Shown in pieces: positions 59,904 to 64,000 of a stretch of DNA of 64,000 nucleotides. Under the pieces are notes generated by a model, which searched no databases, was not told the origin of the DNA, and saw only the letters and a program-made list of their open reading frames with translations. Position 1 is the stretch's first letter, and each line of letters starts with the position of its first letter. The DNA comes from Nanobdellota archaeon (GTDB taxonomy: Archaea > Nanobdellota > Nanobdellia > Pacearchaeales > GW2011-AR1): NCBI GenBank assembly GCA_030647965.1, contig JAUSIT010000016.1:8429-72428 (forward strand), written 5' to 3'. Both the position numbers and the translations under genes were made by a program.

Positions 59904-60722
59904 ATGAATGAGTTTCGCTTTAAAGATCTGTTTGAATTGCGAGGAGAACTTTCATCAAAGGTAAGCTTGATTTGTGAAATCATTGGAGTTGGATTTATTC
60001 TTGCTGCCTGGCAGATTATTACCCAATACAAAATTCTGCCAACAGGAATTTTTCCGTCGCCCTTAAAAATCCTGCTTGCTTTTCCTGAACTGCATTTTCA
60101 CGAGGGTCTGGTTCGCAATATGTTTTATTCATTAAAACTAAACCTCCTCGGCACTTTTGAAGCAGTTCTACTTGCAATTCCGCTCGGGTTTATCATCGGG
60201 CTTTTTCCTGGATTCAGGGCAATATCCTACAGATATATTAAGGCAGTAAGATATCTTGCCCTAACACTCCTCGTCGGGGTTTTCATTGCAATGTTCGGTA
60301 TTTTTGATATGATGAAAATTCAGTTTCTTGCATTTGCGATTTTCATCTATCTCTTGCCGACAGTGATTCAAAGAATTGATGAAACCTCGCAAGTTTACCT
60401 CGATACAATATATACTCTTGGAGCAAGAAAGTGGAAAACAATTCGTTATGTTTTCATACCTGATGTTCTTTCAAGAGTATATCCTGATATTGTAAACCTT
60501 GCTGCATTATCCTGGACTTACATTACCATCGCCGAGGTTGTCAATACTTCTTCTGGGGGCATTGGAGCACTTTCATTTCTTTCTTCAAGGCAATCAAGAA
60601 TTGACAAAACCTTTGCAATAATAATAGTCATTCTTTTAGTTGGCTTTATTATTGACAAGGTTCTCATTGCCCTTGGAAAAGCTCTCTTTCCGTATATGTA
60701 TGTAACAAAAGGAAGGAGATAA
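59904..60722 (+). CDS. ABC transporter permease (NitT/TauT family)
   Basis: 6 TM; 'LGARKWKTIRYVFIPDVL'. Confidence 0.6.
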   Translation: MNEFRFKDLFELRGELSSKVSLICEIIGVGFILAAWQIITQYKILPTGIFPSPLKILLAFPELHFHEGLVRNMFYSLKLNLLGTFEAVLLAIPLGFIIGLFPGFRAISYRYIKAVRYLALTLLVGVFIAMFGIFDMMKIQFLAFAIFIYLLPTVIQRIDETSQVYLDTIYTLGARKWKTIRYVFIPDVLSRVYPDIVNLAALSWTYITIAEVVNTSSGGIGALSFLSSRQSRIDKTFAIIIVILLVGFIIDKVLIALGKALFPYMYVTKGRR

Positions 60723-60723
60723 T

Positions 60724-61584
60724 ATGGACGTTCCTATCACTCCTGTTTCCCCTCTGCCTGCAAACGGGCTTAATCCTGTATATTTTCCTGATAGTCCTCT
60801 TCCTGATATTATTGAACTGCGTAATATTTCGCAGTCCTACGATGGAGGGAAAAATTGGATTATCAAGGATTTAAATTTCAGGATTGAAGACCAACCTGCA
60901 ATGGGCGAATTTATTGTTATCCTCGGAAGATCTGGATGTGGGAAATCAACACTGCTTCGCTATCTTTGTGGCCTTCAAAAACCAACGCAAGGTGAAGTGC
61001 TGATAAATGGAAAACCAAGAACAGAAGAAACAGTCATCGCCCAGGTTTTCCAGCAGTACTCTTCTTTTCCATGGTATAGTGTTCTTGAAAATGTCATGCT
61101 TCCTTTAATTATTCAAGGAGTTGACAGAAGACAAGCAAAAGAAAAAGCCATGGAGATGATTCAACGCGTCGGTCTTGAAGGTCATGAAAAAAAGTGGGCG
61201 CTCTATCCACTTCTTTCTGGAGGCCAACTGCAACGAGTTGCAATCGCTCGAAGCCTTATTTCAAATCCCCACATCCTTCTTATGGATGAACCATTCGGCG
61301 GTTTGGATACTTTCACAAGGCATCAAATGCAACTCATGCTTGCCTCAATCTGGGAAGTGCTTCAGTCAACTGTGATATTTGTAACTCATAATATTGACGA
61401 AGCAGTTTTCCTTGCAGATAAAATTTATATTATGTCTGCAAATCCAGGGCAGATTGTCAAGAAGTATCATGTTGATTTGCCCACGCATCGCGACAAAAGC
61501 ACAAAGCGCGACCCTCGATTCACCCAGTTAGTTTGGGAAATCGAAGATGGAATCGATGAAGTCGCGAAGGCGTGCGGGAAGTAA
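60724..61584 (+). CDS. ABC transporter ATP-binding protein
   Basis: Walker A 'GRSGCGKST', signature '[15 protein letters not shown]', Walker B 'ILLMDEPF'. Confidence 0.75.
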   Translation: MDVPITPVSPLPANGLNPVYFPDSPLPDIIELRNISQSYDGGKNWIIKDLNFRIEDQPAMGEFIVILGRSGCGKSTLLRYLCGLQKPTQGEVLINGKPRTEETVIAQVFQQYSSFPWYSVLENVMLPLIIQGVDRRQAKEKAMEMIQRVGLEGHEKKWALYPLLSGGQLQRVAIARSLISNPHILLMDEPFGGLDTFTRHQMQLMLASIWEVLQSTVIFVTHNIDEAVFLADKIYIMSANPGQIVKKYHVDLPTHRDKSTKRDPRFTQLVWEIEDGIDEVAKACGK

Positions 61585-61832
61585 TTCCAAAAAAAATCCA
61601 GCCCTGCTGATGAGAACAACCAATAAGCAGCGTGAAACTCTGAACAGTATTCAGGTACGGCGTGAAACCAGAACATCGGGAAAGAAAACCATAAGCAGAA
61701 ATGCTAAGTGGAAATTGTTTCCTCGCCTGTGCAGTTTTATTTTTGCACATAAAAATGCTGACTAAGGGGCAAGTTGGATTTTTCAAAAAAGTAAACAATC
61801 TAACAAAAACATTTTTCAGAAAGAAGGACAGC

Positions 61833-62087
61833 ATGGAATTCATCGGTGCGTATTGGTGGTTATGGCTGATATTCTCTGTGATCTGCACAGGATATGCCAT
61901 ATTCAATCAGGTCAAGCGGATGAAAAACTTTCACCAAGTAATGCTCTCAAGAATGAACCCGGTCGCGGCATCCAATTCGTTCTTTTCTGGATTGATTCCT
62001 TTGATCATCTCGGGATTGCTGGCAACAGGGTTTAGTATACTCCTCGGGATTTCCATCGTCGTCAACATCATCCAGATGATCAAGTAA
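61833..62087 (+). CDS. small membrane protein
   Basis: ATG within ORF-track entry 61701..62087. Confidence 0.4.
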   Translation: MEFIGAYWWLWLIFSVICTGYAIFNQVKRMKNFHQVMLSRMNPVAASNSFFSGLIPLIISGLLATGFSILLGISIVVNIIQMIK

Positions 62088-62217
62088 TCTTCCGGCGTCG
62101 TCGAAGAGAGCCCAATAATAAATAAAAAAGCATTGAGCCCTCTTGCTTTTTTCAAAAGAAGCGAGCAGTTTTATGAATTTTCATTTTAACATTTCAAAAT
62201 TTTTCAAGGAGTATATC

Positions 62218-62784
62218 ATGAAATCGTTTTTGATGATTCTCGTGGCTATTTTTCTCGCCAGCTTCATGTTTCTGAATGTTCCTGAGGTTTACTGCCAGAG
62301 CAATTCTTCGAGTGAGCAGATTCTCGTCGATACCAAGGACCTTCCGGCTGACGTCGTCGCCCAGATTAAAGCGAAACAGAAAGTCGAGAGCGTCGGTAAG
62401 TGGGTTGGAATGGGCAAGGAAATCGGCGAAGCAATGAATGGTGCCATGACTGCCCTGGAAGAACATGTTGATAAAATCGGAAATACTCGCGTCGGGAAAT
62501 TCACCATGTTTCTTGTTGCTTACAAAGTCATCGGCACTGATATGATTCAGTTGCTTATCGGTCTTCCCTTACTCATCATCGGCACCATGATATTTATTAT
62601 AACTTGGTTCCGAAGCTGTGTTAAACGAAAAGTCAAAAAAATAACATACGCAGCGGTCGGTGATAAAAAGGTAATCTCTGAAACAAGCGAGACCCTTGAA
62701 AACCCCGATTATGACTACTGCTGGGCATCAGTAGTTGTATATGCAATCTTTCTTGGCATCTGCACTGCAATCATTTTCACATAA
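62218..62784 (+). CDS. secreted/membrane protein
   Basis: SD caaggagtatatcATG; signal + C-terminal TM. Confidence 0.45.
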   Translation: MKSFLMILVAIFLASFMFLNVPEVYCQSNSSSEQILVDTKDLPADVVAQIKAKQKVESVGKWVGMGKEIGEAMNGAMTALEEHVDKIGNTRVGKFTMFLVAYKVIGTDMIQLLIGLPLLIIGTMIFIITWFRSCVKRKVKKITYAAVGDKKVISETSETLENPDYDYCWASVVVYAIFLGICTAIIFT

Positions 62785-62853
62785 TCACATTCAATCTTCT
62801 AAACAAATTCAGGAGTTTAACAATCAAACGAATTTAAAGAGGAGGTGAAAAAC

Positions 62854-63048
62854 ATGACATGCTTAATATCTGCCTTTATCTGCCTGCTGGCGGCGATTGT
62901 TCTTCTGGCTCTCCTCTGGCCGATTTTCTGGGCAATCTTCAAAATCACTCTGGGGGTCTTTATCATTGCGATTATTTGGAAATGGTTGATGAAAAGGACC
63001 AAGGATAAACCTACTACTCCGACCCCGCCGACAAATCCCGCCATGTAA
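62854..63048 (+). CDS. small membrane protein with Pro/Thr-rich tail
   Basis: SD gaggaggtgaaaaacATG. Confidence 0.4.
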   Translation: MTCLISAFICLLAAIVLLALLWPIFWAIFKITLGVFIIAIIWKWLMKRTKDKPTTPTPPTNPAM

Positions 63049-63059
63049 CATCTGGCTCC

Positions 63060-63093
63060 GAGGGCATTATGATTTTAATTATATAGTGCCCTT
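63060..63093. repeat. palindromic hairpin repeat, variant copy 5
   Basis: gagggcattatgattttaattatatagtgccctt. Confidence 0.55.
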
Positions 63094-63137
63094 TTATTTT
63101 TAACAATTTAATAAAAAAGAAAAGAGGTGAAAAAACC

Positions 63138-63257
63138 ATGAAGAAAAAGAATGGAGTGTATCGGGTTTGTCCTAACTGCAAAACCGAAAACCCCAAGCAT
63201 TCCACTAAATGCCCGAGTTGCAAGCGCGATTTACGCAAGGGTAAAAGTGGTCAATAA
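63138..63257 (+). CDS. 39-aa zinc-ribbon peptide
   Basis: 'CPNCKTENPKHSTKCPSCK'; SD agaggtgaaaaaaccATG. Confidence 0.4.
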   Translation: MKKKNGVYRVCPNCKTENPKHSTKCPSCKRDLRKGKSGQ

Positions 63258-63286
63258 TAAGTAAGTTGTAAATCCTTTATTTAAAA

Positions 63287-63323
63287 AGAGAGGCACTATA
63301 ATTCTATTATATAGTGCCTCTCT
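63287..63323. repeat. 37-nt palindromic hairpin repeat, copy 6 (perfect arms)
   Basis: agagaggcactataattctattatatagtgcctctct. Confidence 0.7.
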
Positions 63324-63327
63324 TAAA

Positions 63328-63356
63328 TTGAAAATAATTCTCAATTTTTATATATA
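63328..63356 (+). promoter_or_regulatory. sigma70-like promoter TTGAAA-N17-TATATA
   Basis: ttgaaaataattctcaatttttatatata. Confidence 0.5.
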
Positions 63357-63409
63357 GAAAGAAACGAGCAGTTAAAAAACAAAACAATTTTTTTTCTTGG
63401 GGGTGTATT

Positions 63410-63829
63410 ATGAAAAAGTTTTGGTGGTGGGTGATTGGCTTGATTGCTTTGCCGTTAGTGGTTCTGGGTCTGAGTACATTTTTCGGGGCTGACAACACTA
63501 ACGAACTGGTCGTGCTTTCCACCCTTATTACAATCGGTGGGCTGATTCTGGTGGCAGCAAGTCAACAGTCCACAAAAACATTAAAGCCCCAGGTGCCTCC
63601 AGCTATAAGACATATCTATGTCTTTTCAGCCTCGGGAATTCTTCTGCTTCACTCTATTGTTGTTGGGAAAATTGGGAATAGTCCAACATGCAGCTTCCCT
63701 ATAGAATCTATTTCATGGGAAGATGATAAAGGAAATTCTCACCGACAATATCTTTCCGGTGCAGTCAGTGTTCATATTTCCAATGTTCCTCTTCCGGATT
63801 CTCTGACTCCGCCGGCACCGCAGAAGTAA
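63410..63829 (+). CDS. membrane protein
   Basis: SD ttgggggtgtattATG; three TM helices. Confidence 0.45.
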   Translation: MKKFWWWVIGLIALPLVVLGLSTFFGADNTNELVVLSTLITIGGLILVAASQQSTKTLKPQVPPAIRHIYVFSASGILLLHSIVVGKIGNSPTCSFPIESISWEDDKGNSHRQYLSGAVSVHISNVPLPDSLTPPAPQK

Positions 63830-63863
63830 TCTCCTGGCAGTAATCAATTGTTTTTCTCTGAAG

Positions 63864-63893
63864 GGGTGTCATAGTTCTATTCTATGATACCCT
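63864..63893. repeat. palindromic hairpin, variant copy 7
   Basis: gggtgtcatag-ttctatt-ctatgataccc (same loop, different stem). Confidence 0.45.
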
Positions 63894-64000
63894 TGGGATT
63901 TTAATAAAAATTTTTTTGCATTTTTTTTTTTGGCTTTCTATTATATACTTTAATATAGTATATTAAGATATATATGTTAGGATAGATAAATAACTAAGGG

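Noticed and set aside
48391-63323. Integron-like gene cassette array (small promoter-less ORFs separated by palindromic attC-like sites)
   Set aside because: The palindromes are too short and too uniform for attC sites. They lack GTTRRRY core sites. Each gene has its own promoter-like module and SD, and no intI is present.
1-64000. CRISPR array
   Set aside because: All repeated elements found are either long modular intergenic repeats or 37-nt palindromes separated by genes of several hundred bp to several kb. There are no regularly spaced short repeat-spacer units.

Overview
The window has two contrasting parts. Positions 1 to about 45.8 kb are very AT-rich (under 30% GC by eye) and archaeal in character. 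This part carries gatD and gatE (archaea-specific), gatB, an archaeal-type proS, tgt, an intron-containing tRNA, a TrmB-type regulator and a RecJ/GAN-like DHH nuclease. Most genes there have TTTAAATA-like TATA boxes about 25 nt upstream of the start codon, which suggests leaderless transcripts; a DPANN-like small-genome archaeon is my guess. This part also holds: (a) a large NAD salvage and ADP-ribose cluster with a candidate shared operator and an NrtR-like regulator, (b) an NMNAT-like / Ser-Thr kinase / vWA / pyruvate-kinase-like operon, (c) an operon encoding a coiled-coil protein, an FHA protein, two atypical kinases and a HerA/FtsK-like ATPase, (d) a four-copy structured intergenic repeat family, and (e) an ADP-ribosylglycohydrolase gene interrupted by an in-frame, stop-rich, highly structured 111-nt insert. 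From about 46 kb to the end the composition jumps to an estimated 40-48% GC. That part is a dense array of about 30 mostly small same-strand genes (membrane peptides, lipoproteins, zinc ribbons, SPFH, PspA/TelA-like, beta-barrel-like proteins ending in Phe). It also carries an OmpA-domain substrate-binding protein and an ABC transporter. It uses bacterial-style signals: TTGAAA-N17-TATAGA promoters, strong GGAGGTG Shine-Dalgarno sites, GC hairpin plus T-run terminators, and seven copies of a 37-nt palindrome. So it is either a horizontally acquired or mobile island, or a chimeric join. No CRISPR array, rRNA or recognisable transposase/integrase was found.
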